Assembly (NCBI GenBank): GCA_965153455.1
Contig: OZ234493.1
Coordinates: 6,934,213-6,998,212, forward strand
Direction of reading: 5' to 3'
Origin: Sphagnum compactum
Lineage: Eukaryota
DNA length: 64,000 nt
The number at the start of each line of letters is the position of its first letter. Position 1 is the stretch's first letter. The notes under the pieces were generated by a model, which was given only the letters and a program-made list of their open reading frames with translations, ran no database searches and had not been told where the DNA came from. The position numbers and the translations under genes were made by a program. Positions 13,501-26,050 of the stretch are shown piece after piece.

Positions 13501-13669
13501 CCGATCAACAATTGTGGTTGCACATAGACTATCAACAATCAGGAATGCAGATGTGATTGCAGTTGTGAAGAATGGCACGATAGTGGAACAGGGAAAGCAT
13601 GCTGAATTGATGGCCAAACAAGGTGGTGCATACTCAGCACTCGTGATGCTTCATTTGTCAGCAACATGA
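7532..13669 (+). pseudogene. ABCB: ABCB (MDR/P-glycoprotein) full-size ABC transporter, probable pseudogene. Approximate exons: 7532/7556-7907, 8069-8123, 8539-8714, 8894-9115, 9392-9630, 9895-10420, 10747-11020, 11352-12008, 12192-12420, 12614-12880, 13110-13373, remnant ~13488-13669
   Basis: VPFFKLFAYAD N-terminal motif, TMD1, Walker [11 protein letters not shown]-loop VSQEP, signature LSGGQKQR, Walker [16 protein letters not shown]2, C-terminal [11 protein letters not shown]. Lesions: frameshift ~7700, damaged acceptor ~8538, TGA at 10969-10971, frameshift ~11500-11570, most of NBD2 absent. Confidence 0.9.
8460..8483 (+). repeat. Interstitial plant telomere-like (TTTAGGG)n tract in ABCB intron 2
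   Basis: gggtttagggtttagggtttaggg; similar tracts at ~15997-16015 and ~27724-27757. Confidence 0.8.
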
Positions 13670-14750
13670 CACCTATGGAAATGCAAGGATGGGTCAACAA
13701 CTTGGACAGTTATTGAGGGTTGGCAAAGAAGGTGCCCATTCTCTTCCTTGCCTGCACAATAGAACAGAAACTGTCACCACTTATATTTCTCAAAAACCAC
13801 TATCATTTGTGGCATTGAAAAGCTTCATACCCTCAAACTTTGAGTGATGATATATACCTATTCATACTTCTTTTTCTATCTGGTTCCACCAGAGTGGAGG
13901 GAAATAAATGCAATTGCAATTTTGCAAGTGAGGTGAATGGGTTTTGGGTGTCATCAAGATGGGCAAATAATGTCATAGATTTGTGACCAGTTATGAGTAG
14001 CAGGTGAGTCAAAGCAGAATGTAGAACCAGACAAAGATCCTGACCATCTAGTTTCTATTCTATAAAAGACTCAACAAGAAAAACCCATCAAGCCAGATAC
14101 AAATTGTACAGTACCCTACCCCATCCTCAGTCTTCCTTTATCTAGTTCCTCCAAATAGATTGTTCTCCTCTTTTCTGTTGGTTGCAGTTCATTTTCCACC
14201 TGAATTCCAGTTTATGAAGACAAATCTTGTGAGAATGATTTAAGTGATTTTATGCTTGGCACCTATTTCTCTCAGCCGGTTCTGTGAATGGATATTGCAA
14301 ACCTTACCTTTATGCATAATAAAACAGGCTTTTAAGCAAATTTGAAACCATTGAATTGGTAACCTGACAAAATGCTCTTACAATAGGCAAAAGTGTTTTG
14401 TGTCCACTCATGCTTCCATCAAAAGCAGTCATTTCCTTTTTAGCGCAGCTCTTTGCAGATGTGTTCATTACCTTGAGCAAACTTAGTGTGAAAGTGGCAC
14501 TTTCACAAAATTTGACTGCTATACTTCGTTCTTACTGCTGTGGGTGCAGACGCTCTTAAGGTCGCTCTTAGGGTTTGCGCGACTCAAATCGTGTCTCTGA
14601 GACGGTGTCTGTCAGAGCGTGTACTTAGCCGCAAAAAGAACTTCTCTTGGAACTAACTGAAATAAAAATAGAAAGGAAAGGGAGGAAAGTGGGTGAGTGT
14701 TGTTGCTTGCAAAGCTTGTTGTACGTTTTGTACAGTGCAAAACTGAGGAT

Positions 14751-15370
14751 TCAAACTGCACCCATCATCGCAAATAGTGCAATGCCCAACAAGATGAGTA
14801 GCCAGTGACCATGAAAGTCCACGAAAGAACTCCAGATGCCGCTGCTGCTGCTGCTTCGGTTGTGGTCGTAGCCGCCCTGCACCATGTATCTGTTTGTGAG
14901 GAGGATCATCCCCAGTGTCCATAGGCAGTAGGTGGCTCTGCAAATGGTCGTGACGTCCACGGCCATCTCCGGCTCTGACGTTGCAGGTGCTGCCATTCCA
15001 TCATCGGATCTCGAGGATTGAATAAGGGCCGCCTGCTGCTGCTTTCCCACGGGTACGACGAGGAGAAGCGGCCGAATGATGATGACGGGTAGACGCGGCG
15101 GCTGCTGGGACGATAGGCCAGTGGGTGCCATGGTGCAGCTCCAGTACCACCACCGGAAAGCCACTGCGCCAAAAGGAAGATAACCACCGGGATCAAGAGA
15201 AGTGGCACTAGTGGGAAAGACACCGACCTCCTCTTGTAGACCAAGACATGTCGCGGTACTGGGCCCATGTATGGAATGAATGCGATCATGAGAATCACGA
15301 CTAGTATTGTAGTTATCGGCTTCCATGGAGATGGATCACGAGCCGGAGGACCCCTCCATCTCGGTCTCAT
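14751..15370 (-). CDS. Uncharacterised small membrane protein; ORF1 15370-14906 (154 aa, two hydrophobic segments) plus ORF2 14909-14751 (52 aa, C-terminal hydrophobic segment), possibly one frameshifted gene
   Basis: GC-rich island; hydrophobic stretches ITTILVVILMIAFIPYM, FPLVPLLLIPVVIFLLAQWL and HWLLILLGIALFAMMGAV; promoter-like motifs upstream at ~16.0-16.3 kb. Confidence 0.6.
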
Positions 15371-16059
15371 GATGCCAGACGACAATTACACTCGTTGTTT
15401 GTTAGCAGCTACCACAGAAGAATTCCGGAGGAACTTCCAACAATCCCTCTCTCCACAAGTTGAATCAGTAGTCCAAGTTGGTTGTATACTGAAATAAAGA
15501 AGAACAAGAAGAAGAGCAGAATTAGAAGCTCATGGCAAAGCTCTCCCCACAGACGACAAGGTTTCTGTTTGGAGTTTTGTCTGTGGACATCAAATCAAGA
15601 AGAGGACGGACCTTCAAAGAGCTGCTGGGTGGACAGGGACACTGCAAACAAAAACTCCGAAGGAACCAAAACCCCTAAAGAAAAACTAAAAAGAAGGAGA
15701 AGAAGAACACCACCATCACAACTACCACCAGAAGAAAGGAAGCGATTTCCAAAACCTCAAAAGGGAGCAGCCACTCGTAAATTTTCAAAAGAGATTTTTT
15801 CTTTGAAGCGCTCAAGGGATGAGATTCAGCTGGCTGGCAGTACAAATCAACCAAGAGTAGCAAAATTCCGCAAGGGCAAGTGCGAAGGAGATCAGAGGCA
15901 TCCCAAGAAACAGAAGATCAGGACAAAAAACACGAAGAAAAACGAGCTCAAGAAGGGAATCTCGGGGAGAAGGTCGGTCCAAAAGAGCGGTAGGGGATTT
16001 AGGGTTTAGGGTTTAAGAAGGATTCCTCTCCCCTACTCCCCGGCTTTTGGGACACTTGG

Positions 16060-16210
16060 TGAAGCACGTGGCATTTTCTGATTGGTGAGCGGCACGAGAA
16101 GAGCGCTAAAGTGAGAATGGTGCCGACAGGCTAATAAGAATGGCCACACCCCGCAGTGCCAGCCAGCTAGCCAGCCAGCCAGCCACTGAATCAGTGGCAC
16201 GTGGACATGG
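16060..16210. promoter_or_regulatory. ABRE/G-box x2, DRE/CRT core and CCAAT box upstream of the minus-strand membrane-protein gene
   Basis: CACGTGGC 16065-16072, ATTGG 16081-16085, GCCGAC 16122-16127, CACGTG 16198-16203. Confidence 0.5.
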
Positions 16211-17379
16211 GATAGGTAGGTGTTGTCGAGTTACTAGATTGTGTCCCAAGTGTGAATAAAGAGTGAGAGAGAGAGAGAGATCCCATATGGGGGGGCTATT
16301 TTGTATTTAAATTCACAGTTTTTTTTTGACCCCACGTCCCAAGTGACAATTTGATTTTGCGGATTTTGGGGTGGGTGCCAGGTGGGTAGGGTTTTTGGGC
16401 CAGGTGCCAATGTAAGTAATCGACATCTGGAGTCTGGACTACAAATAAGAAGGTTTCTTTTAAAAAGAATTTGCTTATGTTTGAGGTCCTTATTATCATG
16501 TTTTTGGATGACTACAACTTTTTAACAGTTTTCTTCCTTCCAAATGTGATTTTAGAAAATCCTTATAAATAGGGTGCCTTGTCAAGTGAATGCTTACTTA
16601 TGTATCAACCCTAAACTAGCTGGTCTTCATTATGTACCTAGGGTGCATATAGTATGAGGGTAGCTTTAATTTGGTTCTATAATTTACCAATCCTATGATA
16701 TTGACAGTTTGGTGGGGGCTGAGTATTTGAATTTTGTAATACTCATTGGTTCTGGGTATTTTAAAAAACCAGAATCAAAAGAACCATGAGTTTTGGGTAT
16801 TTGAAAATCTTCAGAATCAAAAGAACCATCACGTCCGGGTACTTGAAAAAATAATAAATCAGATTCAAAGAACTGTCAGTTTTGGGTATTTCAAAAATTG
16901 CAAAGAACCATTGGGGTTTTTTTTTAATTTCCAAAAAACTGGAATCTGGTTATTTGATGTTTTGAGGACTGCGATTATATATCAAAACTGGGTATTTCCA
17001 ACTTTGATACTCGACTGGATACCCAGAGAGGATTTGGTGCATTTTTTCATGCCTGCCTCACTCTTGTATTGACCATAGGCTATACAGTAGTGGCTCATTG
17101 TTGAACACCAACAACAAACAACAAGGGGTGTGTCACACTGCAGCCTTGCCATTTACATTAACAAGTATCGTAAGGCAAAAGAAGAATTATAGAAACCCAA
17201 ATATTTCACCATACAAAAATATAATCTTCAAGAAATCCTCCTCTAAAAGAAACCAAAATCCTTCAAGATATTATAACTCTATAACTAATCTCAAGTTTCA
17301 ACAATTACACAAGCCAAAATATCATCTTTCAAATATCCTCATATAAAAATACTTAGGGGCCAAAATCCATTAAGCTACT

Positions 17380-18330
17380 ATACTCTATAATGAATCTAAA
17401 CACAATATCCTTCTTGCCTTTGGTAGGCAAGACCAATAAAACAAAGCCCCTCTTGATTCAATCCTCCTCAAATAACTCATTGGACTAAGTAGTAGCCAAC
17501 ATTCGCCAAAATTTGTATAATTACAAATCTTCCTAACATAGTCATTTCCACTCTGTATTGGTCCATTTGCAATCTTCATGCCATAGGCGGTCCAGTAAGT
17601 ACCCTAGTTAGGCACTAATTACCTATTTTTGAGACTTGCCAAAAATTCTGAAATAAACAGTCATGTTGAAATTTTGAAATAAACCTTCCAGAGCACATGC
17701 TAGCTTCACTGTTTTGTATCTGCTGAATTATAAAATAATGTATTTTTTTGTGAAACATAAATGACCCCAAAAAAAAAATTTAATGCCTAACCAGGCTAGG
17801 TACTAGCTATGATATGAGCCAACATGGTGTGACTATACTTGTTTAAATTCCCAGTTCACTTCATTACTTGATGCACAACATTGTTCGGATTGTTTTCATT
17901 AAGGACATTTGCGTAACAAAAAAGACAGACTATATTACTGTGATTCATAAATTCAACATAATAGAGATGAATTTTGCAACACCAGAGTTTCTACAACAAA
18001 ACATACATATGGTATCATATGATCATCAAGGTTTTGATTCCAAGAACAATCAAGTTCCTGCTAACCCTAATTATGAGGTTTCTAAGAATCAAAGCTCTCC
18101 AACCTCACTCTCTTGAGCTTCAACATGTCATGACCATTGTATCTCTTTGTCACAAACCCACCAACCACCACACAGATAACATTTTCACTCAACACATAAT
18201 GCACAATTTGACAAAACTCAAACAACTCCTTCATTCAGCAATTCAACATCCTAATTAGCTTGGCACAAACACCATCACACAACAAGGAATACCAAAATCC
18301 TACACTCAATTCAGAAAGTCGGACAAGGAA
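17380..18330 (-). mobile_element. Highly decayed Ty3/gypsy-like integrase relic (tentative)
   Basis: Minus-strand fragments such as MLGRFVIIQILANVGYYLV (GPF/Y-like) at ~17490-17545 and FGIP at ~18285; many stops. Confidence 0.25.
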
Positions 18331-19448
18331 TTCTTGACACCTTTCAATAAACCCATCAAAACATAACTTACAACAGAGGTCCCATACTCCCTCGAAGTTC
18401 CCAAAAAACTAATTGATCTTTCTCTTGTGATTAAAGAATTGTCAAACAAACAAAAACAACTAGACTCACACACTGATGACACACTTTATGACCGCTTTTC
18501 GAGATCCTTGAAGCTTTCATCACCTTTTTGTCATCAACCCATCTCTACCATAATACATCCTTCCTAGATACATAGTGTAGCGGAATATTATTCTTTTCCA
18601 GGATGCAATCTATCTTCATTGAACAAATAATTTTTTTAAAAAAATCTCTTGCATCCTAACTTAGCATATTTTCAACTTAGTTCTATCATGTTTTCTTCAA
18701 TAGTTGCACTTCCCTTATTTCCAACATGATCTCCATAACCATCAATGCCTCTACATCGAAGTAGCCACACCACAAAAGATGCACTCAAAGAGAACGTCCC
18801 ATGATTCAGCAAACATCATCAAGAATGAATCCCCACCTTTTTCATGACAAGCAAGAAACAAAAACCATGAACACAAATGCCACAAAATGACCAATTTTGC
18901 TTCACATCATAATCAACTGCTAAAAGTTGTCTTATTCAACTTTCGACAATCGATAGCATTGTTCCATCTATCCAAGGTTTCATCTGCCCCTCCTTTTCAT
19001 CACATTTGTTCCAAATTGTCCTTGTTCAAATTGTGTTTATTGTAGTAACAAAAAAATATTTATATTACTACAAACTTCCTTGTTGTTAAATTGTAACTAA
19101 AAGACAAGCAAAGAACTTTTACGACCTCTTCCAATATCTAATTCATGTAATGATCGCCAATGATTCATATATTCCAAAAAATCTCCAAGCAACCTTGACA
19201 TCTTTCATGTTATTCAAACAACAATCTTAATAATTTTTAACATGCAACATACACATTCTCATTCTTATATATATATATATATATATATATATAGATATCC
19301 CTTTTTAAATTTTTTCCGTGTTAATTTAAACTCCTCTATGTCTCTTTCTTAGGTCTCTGATTTCTTACTTGCCTTCGTAAAGCACTCAAAGGAAATCTAT
19401 AGTGTATTTGGAAGGCACTTTATATCCATCAATTGTCCTCTTAAAAAA

Positions 19449-19554
19449 TGGGAGAGATATTATGCCTACTCTTCAATAGTGGGAGGGTTCTTACACCCAT
19501 AAGTAGGCATATTTTTCCTCCCACTATTGAAGAGTAGGCATAATATCCCTCCCA
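19449..19554. repeat. 38-bp near-perfect inverted repeat with 30-nt loop
   Basis: tgggagagatattatgcctactcttcaatagtgggagg (19449-19486) pairs with cctcccactattgaagagtaggcataatatccctccca (19517-19554), one mismatch. Confidence 0.9.
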
Positions 19555-22500
19555 CTCCTACACTTCATGATCTATGTAGGTTTGGTTCATGATAAATTTT
19601 GCCTTGTGCTTTATGATAGGTAAAGCCCATGGGTGAGGAAAATTCCTAAAATGCAACACTAGACTCAGCTATCACCTCATCCTAGGCCCCTTATTTTGAA
19701 AATGCCCCCACCTTAGGGCTTTACCTTACATTAAGTGACCATTGGGATACCATATTGATTCCTTTGTTGGACCTATTACCATACCTATCACTAGGGAACA
19801 TAAAACCCTCCCCCAATCAAACTTTGTGAGGCTTGTCATTTTCCTATGTGCATTATTTTGTGTAGAAGTGCACGATTGATATTTTGATGTTTAGTGCAAA
19901 AGAAAATAAATTGAAGTGTTTTGCAAGGTTTTTGGGATTTGAAACCCACCATTGTAGGGAAATAAAATCTAATCATTATCACTAGTCTACTCCCTATTCC
20001 TATTGCTCACAACAATTGTAGCAAAAAGCTTATTTATTTCTCACACTAATTAATTTTGAAACGAGAATATTGAAAAAAAAAACTATTGTCAAATTTTTGG
20101 AAAGTCGAACTTTGAACCTCTTGACAAGGATCGAATGTACCAACTATCACCTTCAAATTTTCCTCCAAAAACATTGTGTACCTTGTTTACTTATTCTTGT
20201 TTGTAAAAAAAAATTAATATTAAAAGGAAGGTTGGCAAACCCCTTTGTTGAAATAAAAAAATATTTTGATATTTTCTAGCAATTATGAGTAGTGGGTACT
20301 AGTGTCGTGCATGTAAGTGTCAATAATCATATACATGACATGTAAATTTCATGTAAGTGTCAATTGTTCAAACATTTTACACTTACATTTATATTATTAT
20401 TGAGTATAATTTCATTTACATAGAAATAATGTAAATGTTTTTCAAATATATTTACACAATGTTATGTAAATATTTTGGGGCTTGTAAATGTATATATTGT
20501 ATACTATATATCATTAATTATTACACCTAGTTACAATCCATATTAATTAGTTGTGGGTACATCCCAAGTTGGCGCATCCCAAAGTTTAATGTTTTTTTTT
20601 GGAATGTGTCACTTTGATTGAGCCTTCACAAAAGAAAAATCATGATAAATTTAATATTCTCCAAATAGAAGCATTTTCTACCAATATGAGATTGTGGTAG
20701 TGCTCTTTTTAGCCAACTATATACAATACAAGCTCTTGGACAAAGCATATGGGGCAAATTGTGGTGATATTTTAAGGAATATCTTGAATGCACATTTTTG
20801 GAGCCACTTTCCTCACCTCATTGCTTGAGTAAAATTTCTATTCCTAAATATGTTTAATATCATTTTTGGCCTAGGCTTTTAAAAGAGCTTGAGTATTTAT
20901 TGTGATTCATATTTGTTGGTTTAATTGGTTGTGGTGCATCCCAAAGCACAAATGTCTTAAAAAAATTTAAGGGTTTTTCTTTAGGAGGGCAATGGGCCAC
21001 TCCAATTGGTTCATCACCAAAAGTATTATGAATCCCCCCCCCCCCCGCCCCCTTTCCCCCCACTAAAAAGACCCATTTTTATGATGCTTTACATAGCTAC
21101 ATAAAGCCATATAAACATATTTGTTTTACATTTACATGATTTTACGCAATAAAAAATAAATTTACATGATTTTTACACTTACACATTCCATGTTCTACAT
21201 TTACACTTACATGAAGTGTATGTTTTAAACCATACACACACACAACACTTGTGGGTATTGTATTTACAAGAAACCATTGCATGATCCACCTTGACTGCAA
21301 AAATGCATGACTTGCAATAAGATGAAGCATAGTTGCACCTTGTGAAAATGCACTACTTTTGATGATACTTGCTATAGTGCATTTTGTGAAAATGTACACC
21401 TAGGCAAAATGCACACAACCTTCTCTTTGAGAGATTGAACATTGATTCCTTTTCTTACTCCATTCCAATTTGTAGACTTATCATTTTCATGTCACTTTTG
21501 CTTCTACTTTACAACTTGGGGAGTAGGCCCCCTATAGTCTAAGGGCCCACTCCCCCTTGAAAACATTGTTCACCCCTTCATCATTCCTTGATTATCATAC
21601 TATGGGTAAGGTAAACATGCCCCCCACAGGTCATCACCTAGTAACCAAACACCCCTCTTGTGTAGACCAACACCAATGAATGGTTACAATCCTTTGTGTA
21701 AGTGTTTGAATGCAACCTTATGATTGAACGCCATGTCTTGAAAAAATATGTTTGGACTTTTCATTTAAACCAAACGAAATCTTTTTTTGTGTGCACAGTT
21801 ATGGGCATGGGAGAAAGCAATAACAAAAAAAAAAAACACATTGTCATATGTAATCATGTTTGGTTATGGGAAAGGATTAACACATTGTATGTGTAGTCAT
21901 GTTTGGTTATGGGAGAGGACCAGCCCATTCTAATGCACATACTTGGGTGGCTTTAAGGGCGGGTTTAATTGTTTTTCAAAGAACTAACATAAGCAATATG
22001 CAAAAAGAAAATTGACTGTTTAATTATGGGGTTTAGGCTCACATTAAAAGGCAAGAAATTTCACATTAATAAATCTTAAACCTAACAAGGATACAATGCA
22101 CAAGGATCATCAAAGGACATCTTTTCTTTGAATCATTCAAGGCACCACATATATTAGCCCCAAAGAAGAATCCCCAAAGATTCCTACTATGCATAAAAAT
22201 TCAACATTCCCTCTAAAAAAAAGGCACAAATCAAAGTTTAAACTACAACAAAACTTACATCAAATGAATACATCATTTTCTATTTCTAATCTAACCTCCA
22301 AGTATGTTCTCTCTACGAACTAGGGTAGAAGAACAATTCCAACTTTGTTTAAAATTCCAAGGTCCTATGTTATAGTGCTAAGGGATTCTGATATGCCAAT
22401 GATAGTAGAACATGTAAAGAACAGTAGTGCAAGTTTGAGAGTTTACTTGCAAAAAATAGGTCTCAAAAAAAAAGTAGAGAAATAGAAGAACAAAAGTTAT

Positions 22501-23149
22501 GTTCAAAAGTTGATTTGCAAAAGGTGAAAATAAAGCACGTAGAAGAACAAAAAATAGGTTCAAAAGTAAATTTGCAAAATGTGAAAGTAGAGCATGTAGA
22601 AGAGGGATCAACATCTGACATACAAGTTGAACTTGTAGACCATATTTATAATCCAAAGTTCCAAAAATATTTGGATTACCATTGGATCCAAAAATCTATA
22701 ATTCGAAATGTTACATCAAAGAGCTTCAAGAGAGCTAAAGACTAGCTAAATCATATTAATCGCTCCTACACATTTCTCCCCATTACATGCACAACAACAA
22801 AAGATGTTGATTTAGATTGGGATGATTTTGCAAAAATTTAACAATTAATGTACTTTACTGTAACAATTTCAAAACATGTTATAGCAAAATTTCTAGATTT
22901 ACTACACTTTTTGGATTCTTGGGTTGTTTACAAGGAAGAAAAAGGCATACCATTGGTGGGGCTAGAACACACTCCACCAAGTTGTTGAAGGCTGGGACTA
23001 AGAAGAGATAAACAATCATGAACTTGATAGTGCTTCGTAGGAGATGGAGTAGCATGTTGGATTTGCAAGCAGCAGACCTTGCAACTAACAAGGAAAATCT
23101 TCCCCTTACTCCTGGCCCACAAGCAAAAAAATCAACACCATAATTGAAT

Positions 23150-24300
23150 CAAGTGCTTCCAAAAATTAGAAAAGGTATGTGAACAAATGAAGCGCTTGAA
23201 GAAGTAATGGATGTTATCGAAAGAGGGACACATTCCATAAGGAGGGCCAACAAGTCATGGAACATCCCAATGAGCTCCCTTGTTGACCACCTAAATGGAA
23301 AAACTAGATCTAGGAAGACGGGGCCAGGAGGTGTGCTTACATAAGAAGATGTAGTGGTGATTACATGGACATTAGTAATGCAAACATGTGGACTGTCCAT
23401 TATCCTACAAAAAATGAAGATGAAAGTTGCAGAACTAACAAACAAGGGCTACACCATTTAGAGATGGAATGTTAAGCAATAGTTGGTGGTATTGGTTTAA
23501 GTGTAGACATCCAAAAATCAACATACAACAAGCAAAAGGATTAGAAATTTGTAGAGTTCAGGGGCTGACACCTAATTCATGCAATTCTTTCTATACTAAC
23601 TTGCAATCATTGTTTTTAACCCACACAATTATAGTTTTGATCATATATGGAACTTTGATGAAACAACGGTTCAAACTGACAAATATATGGAATAACAGTT
23701 TTGGCTAGGAGAGGATCTAATGTAATTTATAATATCATCCCAAAATCTCGAGAATGGTTAACTGAAACTATGTAGTCAATGTTTCAGGGGGTGTTCTACC
23801 TAAGTTTAACATCTTTAGAGGTGAGAGATTAAAGGATGTCTACATTAAATTTTGCAAACTAGGTACTTGTATGGTAATGCAAAAAAAAAATGGATGATTA
23901 CTTTTGTGTTTAAAAAGTTTTTATCTTTTTTTAACAAGTAAGTTCCAGGTGGAATGTCCTTCAGTAACCGACACTTGTTAATTCTGGATGGACATGGTAG
24001 CCATGTTACCCTAAAAGTAATAGAACAAGTAAAATAGTTTGGGTTAAACATGATCACATTGCCATTGCACACAGCACAATCATTATAACCATTAGATGTG
24101 TCTTGTTTCAAACCTTTTAAACCAACATTCAAAAAGGTCAAGGATGCAACTATGTTTAAAAGAAGTCACATGGAACCAGACAAGATAACCCTAGCTAGAT
24201 GGGTAGATCAAGCCTTAAAGTAATCATTCACAAAACAAAACATTAAGTCTGGTTTTGGGATTACATGTATATGGCCTTTGAACACAAAAGCAATGGATAA
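23150..24300 (+). mobile_element. Degenerate pogo/Tigger-like (Tc1-mariner superfamily) DDE_1 transposase
   Basis: HTH-like EALEEVMDVIERG..SIRRANKSWNIPMSSLVDHLNG; CENP-B-like SWWYWFKCRHP; catalytic motifs HIWNFDET (~23642), LLILDGHGSH (~23975), PLDVSCFKPFK (~24089), CIWPLN (~24267); multiple stops and frameshifts. Confidence 0.85.
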
Positions 24301-25299
24301 CAAGACTAAATCATTAGAGGTTTACATTGCAACAAATGTGAGCAATGTAAGGAATGATGAAAATTACACAATAGATGAGGAAGTTGAAAATAATCCTCAA
24401 TGGGGGGAGGAATTTGTTGCTGCATAAATTTTCCATATAGTTGAAACATATTAGCATCCAAGAAATGAAGATCTATTTATCTACATGTCACAAAATGACC
24501 AACACTACATGCCCCATAGCCTTATAGTATTAGACTATCAATCAACATATATTGATGTTATAAACCTAGATGAGGGTAATATTGAAAATATTCAAGAGTT
24601 GCTATAAGAAATTTAGTTGTTTCCAAATTTGACCCAAAAATCCATGAGGGTGCATAACCTACTATCGATGCCTCATTTATTTGTAAAACACACCAAGGGA
24701 AAAGAACCATCAATCGATTATTCTCAATCATATGTTGTTGAATACTTAGACATCCTAAGGAAAAAAAAAATGGAAAAAATAGTTGTAAAAGAAATTATAA
24801 CAAACAAAAGAAAAGAGAAGGAAAATAGGTGAGCCAAATGAGCAACAGAATTGGGTTCCATAGCAAAACGAGTAGTTCAAAAAATTGATGAAAAGCGTGC
24901 TAGAGCACAATTCACTATATCTTGGACTCTAGCATCTATTGTTGAAATGGGTGATTGCTTTCACCATAATTTTCAAGCAAGTCTTTAAGCAAATCCGCAC
25001 AAGTACATGGGGGTGAATCTAGGCTTCACAACATGGGCTCAACAACAGGTAAGGTTGTAGGCATGGGCTAAACAACAAGATTGTCACCTTTCAATGATTG
25101 AGGAAAGAGGAAATAATTTGTTAGCTATTAAGGGAAAGGTAATGCAATTGAACATCAAATGAAAGAAATGTAGCAATTGAACAACAAATGAAAGAAGGTA
25201 ACATTAGTTGAAAGAAAGGTAGTAGTTGAAGAACAATTCAACAACAGTTGAAAAAATGTAGTAGCTGCATAATAGATGAAAAAAAAAAATCAACAAGTT

Positions 25300-26050
25300 T
25301 GGGTCTGGGTTTAGAGGAGATAAGGGGCATCAATTGCAATAACTGAGATGGTTAAAAAAAAAATCAACAAAAGAGCTCTCAATTCTAAGAGAGTTAAGAG
25401 GGGGGGTGGATTGCCATCATTGATAGTAAGAAAGTTCAGAACTTTAAGCTTTGAAGGAGTTGAGAAAGGAGAGAAAGGGAGGTGGATCGTCACTGCCAAC
25501 AACAAAAGAGCTCAAAGTTTTAAGCTTTGAGGGAGTTGAGAGAGGAAAGAAAGGAAGGTGGATTGCCACCGCTAGCAACAAAAGAGCTCAAAGTTATAAG
25601 TTCTGAGAGAGATGAGATAAAAGAGGGGGGGGGGGGTGGATCACCATCACCACCAACAAAAGAACTTAGAGTTTTAAGCTTTGAAAGATATGAGAGAGGA
25701 GAGAAGGGGGGGTGGATCGCCATCACTAACAACAAGAAAGGTTAAAAGCTTTAAATGAAATGAGAGAGGAAAAAAGGGTCCACCATTGCCAACAACAAGA
25801 AAGCTCTAAGTTTTAAGAGAAATGAGAGAGGAAAGAAGGGGGGTGGATTGCCATCATTAGTAGGAAAGTCCAAAGATTCGAACTTTAAGAAAGTTGAGAA
25901 AAACAAGAGGGGGTGTTGATCGCCATTGCCAACAACAAGCAAGTTCAGAGCTCCAAGCTTTGAAATAGTTGAAAGAGGATAGGGAACATTGATCGCCATC
26001 ACTAGCAACAGGCAAGTTTAGAGTTCAAAACTCAGAGATAGCTGACAGAG
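25300..26050 (+). repeat. Degenerate purine-rich tandem repeat, ~75-85 bp unit, ~9 copies
   Basis: Recurring agcttt-gagagagga..ggggggtggat(c/t)gccatcac..caacaa..aagctc..agttttaag. Confidence 0.75.

Noticed and set aside
14487..14507. Palindrome tgtgaaagtg-g-cactttcaca
   Set aside because: Only 10-bp arms; could arise by chance and has no supporting context.
15482..16009. 175-aa Lys/Arg-rich ORF
   Set aside because: Antisense reading of the pyrimidine-rich leader/intron of the minus-strand gene; non-ATG start and compositional bias.
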